From contig CALRBT010000001.1 in assembly GCA_943354475.1 (NCBI GenBank), forward strand, positions 101,424 to 165,423: DNA of 64,000 nucleotides. The letters run 5' to 3'. Origin of the DNA: Parcubacteria group bacterium. GTDB lineage: Bacteria; Patescibacteriota; Minisyncoccia; Phycocordibacterales; CALRBT01. A program made the translations under genes and the position numbers. A model generated the notes under the pieces. It was not told the origin of the DNA. It saw only the letters and a list, made by a program, of their open reading frames with translations, and searched no databases. Below, piece after piece: positions 39,401 through 47,328 of this stretch (the first letter of the stretch is position 1; each line of letters starts with the position of its first letter).

Positions 39401-39538
39401 ATACAGAAAACAAGTCTTGAGATTCTTAACTTAGATTTTTGGAACAAGCGATGTGAGGACAAGAAGTGTGAGTACTGTAGACTGAGGGAAATGGTGGAAG
39501 AGGGGAATAGGAATGAAGAAATAGGAGTCAAAATATAA
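36434..39538 (+). CDS. UvrD/PcrA-like superfamily 1 helicase fused to a C-terminal PD-(D/E)xK nuclease with a Cas4/AddB-type Cys cluster
   Basis: Walker A AGPGTGKT and helicase motifs in the N-terminal 650 aa. The C-terminal nuclease core is VIVYDYKTGK...YKRQVTFYKLL, with Cys residues in RCPWEYF and CEDKKCEYC. Confidence 0.8.
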   Translation: MVYLPQMPTLTTFDKLYKNLNVKQKEAVDAIEGPVMVIAGPGTGKTSILTIRIANILKLTDTQPDNILALTFTESGVYSMRKKLVGLIGSRAYKVAIHTFHGFANEVIKKYPEHFPRIIGAEHITDIDQIRILEEIIEKTDFKILKPFGDIFYYLQPSLNSIRTLKRENIAPVEFEKRILEQEKQFREIDDLYHEKGAHKGKMKGKYVTMLEHIEKNKELLDIYQQYEKQLEKGKQYDYEDMIMETVRVLESNNSLLLSLQEQYHYILADEHQDTNFGQNKILELLANFHQSPNLFIVGDEKQAIFRFQGASLENFLYFKKLYPQALLINLEHNYRSTQPILDGAHSLILNNRVDDERLRTRLLSSGKQVENKKIKLYSFENENEEIAFLVSDIAQRIESGVKPEEIAVIYRDNRDALPIAQALEKTNISFVIESDQDLLNNPDIRKFIAILKVINRLGDDALLTELLHIDFFELEPLSVYRLLHSASSSRKALSSVMSSRADMSKAGIDEVDTVKLSNLSGLLSSWSKAGHNKNLIDILEIVVRESGFLSYILKSEGAALALEALEAFFNQARNLIESHPYYRLRDFIEYLEVLERYKLLLKVRNNKSDLQEVRLMTAHRSKGLEFEVVYVTSCTDGHWGNKKTRNHFHLPITQKLAEEGQGENDDERRLFYVALTRAKHEVLLTYAREAKGKHQLPSQFTEEIDRQFLEEITPERTLISLDARALVYKEKQNYGPSLRDKEFLNGIFLDQGLSVSALNNYLRCPWEYFFNNLVRVPKSPGKFQRYGTAIHNALKKFLDLYKETGEAKKKVLLEYFEEELNRGYFVESEFKDLLEKGKISLGGYFDQHHKSLSPAIWNEYTISGILIPLGVESENGEERQILLKGILDRIEAVNGQLDGREVIVYDYKTGKPKSRNELEGKTKNATGDYKRQVTFYKLLLDREPVNPKRGTFQFNSAIIDFIEPDDRGKYHREQFFISDQEVNELVELIQKTSLEILNLDFWNKRCEDKKCEYCRLREMVEEGNRNEEIGVKI

Positions 39539-39543
39539 CCAAG

Positions 39544-39582
39544 CAACAAACAAGCGCGGCCGTAGGCCGCGCTTGTTTGTTG
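39544..39582. terminator. Perfect 18-bp palindromic hairpin CAACAAACAAGCGCGGCC/GGCCGCGCTTGTTTGTTG between convergent genes
   Basis: Read directly from the sequence. Confidence 0.65.
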
Positions 39583-39602
39583 CTCTATATATTAGGAACC
39601 AC

Positions 39603-40346
39603 TTAATTCTGTGCTGAGGTTGTTAGGATAGTATTAATCAATCCCTTAATGGCGGAATAAGATTCAGCTCCCTCGATTGGAATTATGTCGTTACCTGTTG
39701 AAATGAGGAAGGTGTTGGGGGTACCGATTGTCCCAGCCTTGAGTCCACTTTGATAATCTGCTTCAACTTTATCTGCATGTTTTCCAGAATCTAAGCAGGA
39801 TTGAAATTCACTCTTCTCTAAACCAATTTTTACTGCAACCGTTCCAAGCTGGCTAGCGTCTAGGTTGTTATTTGATGGGGTAATGTCATAAACACTATCT
39901 ATGAAATCCCAGAAGGCGGTATTACCACCAAGCTCTGCCGCACATTCTGCAGCCTCAGCCTCTTTACGTGCTTTTGAGTGGAGCGTGTCGAGTGGGAAGT
40001 GACGATAAACCCAGGCTACAGTGCCGTCTTTGGCATAGTCTTCCATAACCTTCTTCATTGTCTTGTGGAACACTTTACAGTATGGACACTCCAAATCTGA
40101 GTATTCAATCAACACTATCTTTGCTTGAGGATTACCAAGCAAGTGATCCTCTTTTGTAACTGGATCAACTGGTGTTTTGAGATTTTGTCCATCTAAAACA
40201 GTTGCGGTATTATCACGATTGGGAGTAGTTACATGGCTTCTATTGACGAAGTAGTAGGAGCCGGCAATTAAGGCGCCTGCTAAAAGAATCGCAGTTGGAA
40301 CGTTCAGACCTTTTGATACTTTTTTTTCAGGTTCGTTTTCGTACAT
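39603..40346 (-). CDS. Membrane-anchored DsbA-like thiol:disulfide oxidoreductase
   Basis: N-terminal TM segment and a thioredoxin-fold CPYC active site. Confidence 0.75.
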   Translation of the reverse strand: MYENEPEKKVSKGLNVPTAILLAGALIAGSYYFVNRSHVTTPNRDNTATVLDGQNLKTPVDPVTKEDHLLGNPQAKIVLIEYSDLECPYCKVFHKTMKKVMEDYAKDGTVAWVYRHFPLDTLHSKARKEAEAAECAAELGGNTAFWDFIDSVYDITPSNNNLDASQLGTVAVKIGLEKSEFQSCLDSGKHADKVEADYQSGLKAGTIGTPNTFLISTGNDIIPIEGAESYSAIKGLINTILTTSAQN

Positions 40347-40472
40347 AGGTGAATGCGATTAAGACGTGTTGATTGAGAGTAGATTTCCTACAGTCTACCA
40401 TGTGCTGGGTATGGCTGGCAAAATGAGCAATTGAGGGCTATAATTTAAAAAATAACCAAAAAATTCAAAATA

Positions 40473-40949
40473 ATGAAAAACTTGATTGGCAAAAAAGCTA
40501 TAGATTTTAAGCTTCAGGATGAAGTGAATAAGGTACATACGCTCAAGGATTACTTGGGAAAAGTGGTCCTTCTTTATTTTTATCCAAAGGATATGACTCC
40601 TGGTTGCACGATTGAAGCTGAGGGCTTTCGCGACCACATCTCAGATTTTAAGAAGCTTGGGGTTGTTGTGTTGGGGATGAGTCCTGATTCTGTAGAATCT
40701 CATAAAAAATTCTGTGAGAAACATAAGCTCAACTTCACCCTCCTTGCTGACGTCGACCACAAGATTGCCGAAAAGTATGAAGTTTGGGTTGAAAAGAGTA
40801 TGTATGGCAAGAAATATATGGGTATCGAGCGAGATTCTTTTCTTATTGATAAGAAGGGGATTGTCGTCAAACAGTATCAAAAAGTGAAGCCTGAAGAACA
40901 TCCTGATGAGATTATTGCTGATATTAAGATTCTTAAACTAAATAAATAG
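40473..40949 (+). CDS. bcp: Peroxiredoxin Bcp/PrxQ
   Basis: YFYPKDMTPGCT peroxidatic cysteine motif. Confidence 0.85.
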   Translation: MKNLIGKKAIDFKLQDEVNKVHTLKDYLGKVVLLYFYPKDMTPGCTIEAEGFRDHISDFKKLGVVVLGMSPDSVESHKKFCEKHKLNFTLLADVDHKIAEKYEVWVEKSMYGKKYMGIERDSFLIDKKGIVVKQYQKVKPEEHPDEIIADIKILKLNK

Positions 40950-40951
40950 AA

Positions 40952-41677
40952 ATGCTTTATTTCATTGCACTTGCCGCGTTTACAGCAACTTTTTTGGGCG
41001 GATTGTTTGCATTACGGTTTAAAGATAAGCTCCATCTCATTTTGGGATTTAGTGCAGGGGCTGTTATTGCAGTCGCATTCTTTGACTTGCTACCTGAAGC
41101 ACTCGAGCTTGCAGGTGAGTCCTACGATAGTGGTTTTGTGATTAAAATTGTTGCCATAGGCTTTGTTGTTTATCTACTCCTTGATAGGTTGGTGTTTGCA
41201 CACAACCACAGTCATGATGAAGAAAGTGAAGTAGGTCATGCACATCGAGGATGGCTTGGTGCAGGTTCCCTTTCAATTCATAGTTTTCTTGATGGTGTTG
41301 CAATCGGTCTTGCTTTCCAGGTATCGAGTGCTGTCGGACTCGTGGTGACCACCGCTGTTTTGGTACATGATTTCTCTGACGGAATCAATACTGTCAATAT
41401 GATACTACGCTCAAAGGGCAACAGGCGTGAAGCATTTACATGGCTCTCTCTTGATGCTCTGGCACCAGTTCTTGGAATCTTTGCAGCCCAATTCTTCACA
41501 CTCGAAGAGTCAACACTTGGGCTAATCCTCGCACTCTTTGCTGGATTTTTCCTCTACATCGGCGCATCCGACTTGCTTCCTGAGAGTCACCACAACCACC
41601 CAACGTATTGGACAACCTTTATGACAGTTCTGGGTATGGGGGTACTGTACCTGGCGATACAAGCGGTGGGGCATTAA
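40952..41677 (+). CDS. zupT: ZIP-family zinc transporter
   Basis: HNHSHDEE...H, HSFLDGVAIG and VHDFSDG motifs with 8 predicted TM helices. Translationally coupled to bcp. Confidence 0.8.
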   Translation: MLYFIALAAFTATFLGGLFALRFKDKLHLILGFSAGAVIAVAFFDLLPEALELAGESYDSGFVIKIVAIGFVVYLLLDRLVFAHNHSHDEESEVGHAHRGWLGAGSLSIHSFLDGVAIGLAFQVSSAVGLVVTTAVLVHDFSDGINTVNMILRSKGNRREAFTWLSLDALAPVLGIFAAQFFTLEESTLGLILALFAGFFLYIGASDLLPESHHNHPTYWTTFMTVLGMGVLYLAIQAVGH

Positions 41678-41726
41678 GATTGGGTGGTATGTTTAAGAGA
41701 GAAGAGCAAGGCGGGTTTAAACGTTG

Positions 41727-41756
41727 ATTCGGCGCGACCCATAGGTCGCGCCGAAT
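41727..41756. terminator. Hairpin ATTCGGCGCGACC/GGTCGCGCCGAAT
   Basis: Read directly from the sequence. Confidence 0.55.
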
Positions 41757-41766
41757 TTCAAATATT

Positions 41767-42327
41767 CTATGGTTTCCAGTGGAGCCGATCAAGTTGCTTC
41801 AAAGATCTATTAATCTTTTTCATCTGATCTACTGCTCCAACCTCATCGGCGAAGCTCATCGCCTGCGACAGATAATCTTGAGCCTTCCTATAATTTTTGG
41901 TTTTGATAGCGATTTCACCCAGATGCCTGAGAATCGAGGAGAGCTGTTTTCTACCGTAATCACCCTCGGCTATAATCTCACCCTTCAGTCCATAGGCTAG
42001 CCTACAACGGTAATTAACCTCAGCGTTGGGGGTCGGCAAATAAAGCGCGATTTCAGCTAAACGCACATGGGCAAGGGCAATCTGGTGGGCCACTGGTGGC
42101 GAAACTGCCAGAGTCGCACTGAGAGCTTTTATTGCCCAAATGCGCATTTTCTGAGGATTCAGTCTTGCGTAAGGGGTGAACCTCAAAAGAAAAGCAATTC
42201 CCATATCCATCTGGGTGTGAGAAAGTGGTCGCTCGAGCATGAGCCCAAGAGCGTACTTCAGTCCAAGAAGACGACCGTGTATTTTGGCAAAAACTCCTCC
42301 TTGCCAAGTACTTCCAAAAATGTTCAT
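41767..42327 (-). CDS. Hypothetical protein of 186 aa, GC-rich relative to the flanks
   Basis: Long ORF with no recognised motif. Confidence 0.4.
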   Translation of the reverse strand: MNIFGSTWQGGVFAKIHGRLLGLKYALGLMLERPLSHTQMDMGIAFLLRFTPYARLNPQKMRIWAIKALSATLAVSPPVAHQIALAHVRLAEIALYLPTPNAEVNYRCRLAYGLKGEIIAEGDYGRKQLSSILRHLGEIAIKTKNYRKAQDYLSQAMSFADEVGAVDQMKKINRSLKQLDRLHWKP

Positions 42328-42441
42328 TCCATTACTCCCTCAGAAGTGTGATTTTCTAGAGAGACCATAACACGATAAATACAAAAAATCTACTAACAAC
42401 ATAATCTTTGTCTGTAGGTGAAGATTATGTTGGTCTATTAT

Positions 42442-43017
42442 TTAAAACGGCAGGGTAAAGGTCATGCCACTCGCTTCGAGATTTTCCCATTCTGACGGGT
42501 CGAGTTTGATGGTCTGCATAACACCACCATCTTTGAATTTGAGCTCTTTGTTTTTTAGGGCGTAGTCGTACACTTCTTTGGTGATTTTGACGTCATCGAG
42601 GCAATATTTGCGAATCTTGTCGATCTCACCCTGACGCCACCAGGTTATTGCCTGGAGGCCATTGGCTGATTTGGCGGTGCCAAGCGTTCCTTCGGCGATA
42701 GTGTTGAGAGAAAGACGTCTGCCGAAGGAGTCTTTGATTTCTTTGAGAATATCCAGACTTTTAATTTTGGTGAGATCTCCTGGGTAGTATTTATTGAGGA
42801 TTGGGATATCAAAATGATCACTGTTGTATCCGATGAGCATATCGCAATTCTCGAGAATTGGCCAAAGTGCAGGCAACTCTTCTTCAAGATAACTTGAATA
42901 GGTGTCGGTGCTGTAATCATAAATACAAACAATGGACAAGTCCAAAAGAGATGGGTCGTTCTTTCCCACCTCTTGGAACATGTTCTTTGTTTCTATATCA
43001 AATACTATTTTTTTCAT
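42442..43017 (-). CDS. Stand-alone DEDDy 3'-5' exonuclease related to the family-B polymerase exonuclease domain
   Basis: Exo I VFDIET, Exo II IGYNSDHFDIPIL and Exo III YCLDDVKITKEVY. Confidence 0.65.
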   Translation of the reverse strand: MKKIVFDIETKNMFQEVGKNDPSLLDLSIVCIYDYSTDTYSSYLEEELPALWPILENCDMLIGYNSDHFDIPILNKYYPGDLTKIKSLDILKEIKDSFGRRLSLNTIAEGTLGTAKSANGLQAITWWRQGEIDKIRKYCLDDVKITKEVYDYALKNKELKFKDGGVMQTIKLDPSEWENLEASGMTFTLPF

Positions 43018-43146
43018 GCTAATGGACGTGCATAATTGGTAAATTTCGTTGTTGAAATCGTCGGTTTAGTCTTCATCATACGTCCATGTATGGTTCAGCC
43101 AAAACCTCAATTTCGCCTAGAACTTTGCTCAATTCTGCACGTCCTA

Positions 43147-44382
43147 TCATATTGTTAAATGTTTTACGAAGCTCGCGATTTCTTCAGCTTTCAGCTTTGT
43201 CTCAGTGGTTGTTTTTAATTCCTTAATCTTATATTCTCCAGAGCTGATTTCTTCTTCGCCAACGACGAGCGCAAAAGGGATTTTATCTTTGTCAGCTTTC
43301 TTAAATCCATCAGCTACTTTCTTTCCCGAGTAGTCAACCACAACAGCTAGTCCTGCTTTACGTAAAGTCATAGCCAATGAAGAGGTATGTTCAAAACAAT
43401 TTTTATTGAAGGGGATAATGCAGAGATCAGTTGTTGATGTATAGGTAGGTAGAAGGTCGTAGCTTTCAAGTACCTCGCGAATCATTACGTCACCAAAACC
43501 AAAGCCGACAGCAGGAACCTTCTCTCCTCCAAAAATGGTAAGCAAATCATCATAGCGTCCACCACCAAGAATTGCTCTTCGGTTCTCTGGATTGGTGTCA
43601 AAGACTTCAAAGACAATACCTGTGTAATAATCAAAACCTCGAACAATACTTGAATCAAAGATGACGTTAGTAATTCCTGATTTTTTGAGCATTTCAATAA
43701 CCTCCAAGACTTCTCCGGAAGCTTCAGTCTTTAAACTAAATGTTTCTCCGGCAATTTCCTTGAGTTTCTGGTTGAACTCATCTACCTCCATTTTGTTCTT
43801 CTTGTCGATTAAGAGACGTAATTCTTTTTTCTTGCTTTCATCGAGACCTAGCTCCTTAGCTTCTTCATCGAGGAGTTTACGGCTATTAATCTTAATTTCA
43901 AATTGATTTTCTTTTAGTCCAAATTTTCTTAGGATATTGTAGGCAACAGAAATAACATCAGCATCAGCTTCAATACCCTCAAGTCCGAAGAGATCAACAT
44001 TTAACTGCCAGTGTTCTCGCAGGCGTCCTTTTTGAGGACGTTCATATCTAAACAGGTTGGGGATTGAATACCAGCGGAGGGGAAATGAAAGCTCACGTTT
44101 TTTGGCCGCAACCATGCGGGCAACTGTTGGTGTCATTTCTGGTCGAAGGGTGACTTCACGCTCTCCTCGGTCAGTAAAGGTGTAGGTTTGCTCGTTTACG
44201 ATTTCATCTCCTGATTTTGCACGGTAGAGCTCAGCTGGTTCGAGGATAGAAGCCCCGTATTCAACATAGCCAAAACTCTCCGAAACCTCACGGAGAACTT
44301 TGAATATGTAGTTTTGCACCGCTTGATCCTCTGGATAGAAGTCACGGACACCTTTATAAGATTCAGTGGTAAGTTTGGTCAT
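43147..44382 (-). CDS. hisS: Histidyl-tRNA synthetase
   Basis: Class II motifs and ILGGGRYDDL. Confidence 0.9.
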   Translation of the reverse strand: MTKLTTESYKGVRDFYPEDQAVQNYIFKVLREVSESFGYVEYGASILEPAELYRAKSGDEIVNEQTYTFTDRGEREVTLRPEMTPTVARMVAAKKRELSFPLRWYSIPNLFRYERPQKGRLREHWQLNVDLFGLEGIEADADVISVAYNILRKFGLKENQFEIKINSRKLLDEEAKELGLDESKKKELRLLIDKKNKMEVDEFNQKLKEIAGETFSLKTEASGEVLEVIEMLKKSGITNVIFDSSIVRGFDYYTGIVFEVFDTNPENRRAILGGGRYDDLLTIFGGEKVPAVGFGFGDVMIREVLESYDLLPTYTSTTDLCIIPFNKNCFEHTSSLAMTLRKAGLAVVVDYSGKKVADGFKKADKDKIPFALVVGEEEISSGEYKIKELKTTTETKLKAEEIASFVKHLTI

Positions 44383-44434
44383 AAGTCATCAAATAGTACC
44401 AAAAACTTGTTATTTGGTATAGTGTTTGGATACT

Positions 44435-45238
44435 ATGCATAAGGGAAAGATTGTTACTATATATAAAGAAGAAGGGGAGACACCTCTTAAGGCACTCGAG
44501 CGATTTCGTGCCGAGAATCCAGAGTACAGGACGAGCTCCCTTATACCCACAGGGCATAAGTGTTCCCTTACCTATATCGGGAGACTCGATCCAATGGCTG
44601 AAGGACTACTCTTGATATTGATTGACGGAACAACAGAACAGCGAGAAGGGTGTCTTAATTTGGATAAAAGATACAGGGTGGAAGTCCTCTTTGGCGCCAA
44701 GAGTGATACGGGAGACATACTAGGACTCCTTGATGGTCAGGTTGAGGCGAGAGTTGTTGACGAAGGAGAGTTACGCGAACAGTTACAATTACAAGTTGGT
44801 ACCTTTACCAAACCATACCCACCTTACTCTTCAAAGCCAGTAAATGGTAACCCTCTATTTATCTGGGCCAGAGAGGGGAGACTGAGTGAAGTCAAAATTC
44901 CAACTCACATAGTGAAGATACATTCAATCGAATTAATTGCGTTCAAGAAGATGAGCGGTGAAGTATTATTGGAGGAAATCAAGACACGAGTCAGTAAGGT
45001 TGCTGGTGATTTCAGACAAGAAGAAATAAAAAAAGGATGGACTCAAAAACTTTCAAATCTTCAAGAATCAAAATTTATCTTAGCAGAGATTATTGTTTCT
45101 TGCGGTAGTGGTGCCTATATGCGAATGCTAGCTGAAGATATTGGTAAGGGGCTCGGTGTTTCTTCTTTGGCGTATCGTATCAAACGAGAATCAGTAGGGG
45201 ATTTTAGATTGGGTTCTGGGGAATCTCAACGTGGTTAA
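44435..45238 (+). CDS. truB: tRNA pseudouridine synthase, TruB family
   Basis: Catalytic-Asp motif IGRLDPMAEGLLLIL, then DKRYRVEVLFG. The track start at 44426 is TTG; the ATG follows 3 codons later. Confidence 0.7.
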   Translation: MHKGKIVTIYKEEGETPLKALERFRAENPEYRTSSLIPTGHKCSLTYIGRLDPMAEGLLLILIDGTTEQREGCLNLDKRYRVEVLFGAKSDTGDILGLLDGQVEARVVDEGELREQLQLQVGTFTKPYPPYSSKPVNGNPLFIWAREGRLSEVKIPTHIVKIHSIELIAFKKMSGEVLLEEIKTRVSKVAGDFRQEEIKKGWTQKLSNLQESKFILAEIIVSCGSGAYMRMLAEDIGKGLGVSSLAYRIKRESVGDFRLGSGESQRG

Positions 45239-45719
45239 ATAATAGGTTTTGTTTTTTGGACCAGGTGAGGATATAGGGATATTCTGATGGATTAATATCA
45301 TCTGGAATAGTATAGGTTACGGTACCTGTCGTTGCTTTTACTGGACCAAGACTTTCATAGTTTGAAGCAGTGAGGTCTTTACTGAGGTAAACGTAAAGTT
45401 CACTATCTCCTTTGAAATTTAGATTTTCGTATTGAATACTGCTTCCGCCACGAGCAGGAAGGAGGCGAAGAAAGCCTGATGCAGGATGACCTACTGTTCC
45501 GGTAACTGGAAATTTTATATCTCCAATTTCAACAACAACTTCTTCATCAGGAGTAACTTGAGGGGTCTTGGAAACATTAGTGCTGGTAGTGGTTGCAGTT
45601 TCTTGAGCTTTGCTCCTCTCTTTATATTCTCTGTAAAGTGGGTAAAAACTATAGTAAGCCAATCCTAAAATAATAAGAAGGAGGATGACGATAATAATAT
45701 TTTTCGAGTTTCGACGCAT
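45204..45719 (-). CDS. Membrane-anchored DM13-domain-like protein
   Basis: The start was moved to the MRRNSKN ATG just after a terminator. N-terminal TM segment. The C-terminal PVTGTVGHPASGFLRLLP...GDSELYVYLSKD resembles the DM13 pattern. Confidence 0.45.
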   Translation of the reverse strand: MRRNSKNIIIVILLLIILGLAYYSFYPLYREYKERSKAQETATTTSTNVSKTPQVTPDEEVVVEIGDIKFPVTGTVGHPASGFLRLLPARGGSSIQYENLNFKGDSELYVYLSKDLTASNYESLGPVKATTGTVTYTIPDDINPSEYPYILTWSKKQNLLFNHVEIPQNPI

Positions 45720-45739
45720 GTATAAAAGGGTACCGCAAA

Positions 45740-45778
45740 CAAACACACCCTGCAAGCAAAGCTTGCAGGGTGTGTTTG
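45740..45778. terminator. 18-bp perfect hairpin CAAACACACCCTGCAAGC/GCTTGCAGGGTGTGTTTG downstream of the RRM gene
   Basis: Read directly from the sequence. Confidence 0.6.
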
Positions 45779-45792
45779 TGGATTCGAAGAGA

Positions 45793-46083
45793 TTAGAAAT
45801 CTCTTCGAGGACCTCGTTCCTCTCTTGGTCGTGGAGGTTGTGCCTCGTTGACAGTAAGACGACGTCCTTCAAAATCTTTACCGTTAAACATCTCGATTGC
45901 TCGTTCCGCTTCTTCAAGGGTGACCATCTCAACGAAGCCATATCCTTTTGAACGACCGTTCAAACGATCTGTAATAATAGTAGCTGACTCAACGTTACCT
46001 GCTTGTGAAAAGTAGGCCTTGAGTGTATCTTCAGTACTTTCCCAAGGAATTCCTCCTACGAAAAGTTTTTTTAGCTTAACCAT
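45793..46083 (-). CDS. RRM-type (RNP-1/RNP-2) RNA-binding protein
   Basis: RNP-2 KLFVGGI and RNP-1 KGYGFVEM, followed by an RGG-like tail. Confidence 0.8.
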   Translation of the reverse strand: MVKLKKLFVGGIPWESTEDTLKAYFSQAGNVESATIITDRLNGRSKGYGFVEMVTLEEAERAIEMFNGKDFEGRRLTVNEAQPPRPREERGPRRDF

Positions 46084-46116
46084 TTTGATTCGTAACTAAC
46101 TTAATAAAAACAATAA

Positions 46117-46200
46117 CGACCTCTCGTCTGATTCGTAAAGCTCTGAACCAACAAGGGTTCAGATTAACTCTAGATGTTACCCTTTTGAAAGGAGAGGTCG
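46117..46200 (-). promoter_or_regulatory. Structured element in the RRM gene 5' region: 9-bp long-range stem (CGACCTCTC/GAGAGGTCG) enclosing an 8-bp hairpin (TCTGAACC/GGTTCAGA)
   Basis: Read directly. It may also terminate the upstream 46269..46748 gene. Confidence 0.35.
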
Positions 46201-46268
46201 ACAGAGACAACCTACTTAAGAAAAGTATAGCACAAAGTTAGAGAATAGCAAGAGGGTGGAGATTGTCG

Positions 46269-46748
46269 CTAAATAACCTCACTAGCAACGGAATCTTTCT
46301 TTGGAGTTTTTCTTGGTGTAGATTTTTTCTGAAGTAGTTCGGTGATTTCGCGAATATCTTTTTCAATGAGATGTAATCTTCCAAATATCTTTGTAAGTTC
46401 GGTTTCTTCTTGGGCAATATCTTTTTCTGTTTTTTCGGCAATTCGCTTCTCATGTTTTAAACCAGAAAGCAGTATCTCATCTCCAATAAAGAATGAAACA
46501 AAGGTGCCTGTAATGAGTAGAACAAAAACACTAATTATAAAAGAAATGAGTGGATAATGAAGAAGTGGAAGTATGTCGATAATGAGCCAAACACCTCGCC
46601 AAAACATAACAATGGCAATGCCGGCGATAAGTGCATAGAGAAGTGGTCTTTGACTGAGGGCGTGCCGCACCCTATCTTCAAGTCGGTCAAAATACTTGAT
46701 TGCAGTACCGTAACTTTTCGTGAGATTTTTTTCAACTTCAGGAGGCAT
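46269..46748 (-). CDS. Hypothetical membrane protein with a C-terminal coiled/charged region
   Basis: 2-3 hydrophobic helices. No recognised motif. Confidence 0.45.
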   Translation of the reverse strand: MPPEVEKNLTKSYGTAIKYFDRLEDRVRHALSQRPLLYALIAGIAIVMFWRGVWLIIDILPLLHYPLISFIISVFVLLITGTFVSFFIGDEILLSGLKHEKRIAEKTEKDIAQEETELTKIFGRLHLIEKDIREITELLQKKSTPRKTPKKDSVASEVI

Positions 46749-46817
46749 AAATTAATGAGCTTACTTGCAGATAAATTTTAACAGATTTGAGATTAATTTC
46801 CAGGATAATTAATCTTC

Positions 46818-47258
46818 TTATGCAACGATACTGGTGCAGTGCGAACAACGTTTTGCTTTGGCTGGAATTTCTGAAAGACAGAATGGGCAAGGAATTGAAT
46901 CAACTTCTTTTGGTGCCTCTTCACGCTTGAGACGATTGATTTGCTTGATAAGGATGAAGATAACTAACGCTACGATGAGGAACTCAACAAGTGCGTTTAT
47001 AAAAATCCCGTAGTTAATCGTGGCAACTCCCGCCACCTTTGCTTGTGCGAGGGTATCAAACTGTCGATCTGAGAGATTTATGTACAGATTTGAGAAGTCG
47101 ACATTCCCCAATAACAATCCAATCGGAGGAAGGATAATATCGTTAACTAGCGAGGTAACAATCTTGCTAAAACCAGCTCCAACAGTTAAACCAACTGCAA
47201 GATCGATAACACTACCACGTGCCAAAAATGTTCTGAATTCCTTAATGGTCGATTTCAT
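46818..47258 (-). CDS. mscL: Large-conductance mechanosensitive channel with a C-terminal CxxC...CxxC zinc-ribbon extension
   Basis: [28 protein letters not shown]...ILPPIG matches the MscL N-terminal and TM1 signature. The C-terminus is [18 protein letters not shown]. Confidence 0.8.
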   Translation of the reverse strand: MKSTIKEFRTFLARGSVIDLAVGLTVGAGFSKIVTSLVNDIILPPIGLLLGNVDFSNLYINLSDRQFDTLAQAKVAGVATINYGIFINALVEFLIVALVIFILIKQINRLKREEAPKEVDSIPCPFCLSEIPAKAKRCSHCTSIVA

Positions 47259-47328
47259 ATTTGAATAGAATCAATTTTCAACATCAAGTATGGGGTTTTT
47301 TTAGAATCTATGCAAGAGAGGTTTTAAT

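Noticed and set aside
45204-45941. Full 245-aa version of the DM13-like ORF
   Set aside because: Its 5' portion runs through the RRM gene terminator hairpin and overlaps the RRM gene in another frame. The internal ATG at 45719, right after the hairpin, begins a membrane anchor and is the plausible start.
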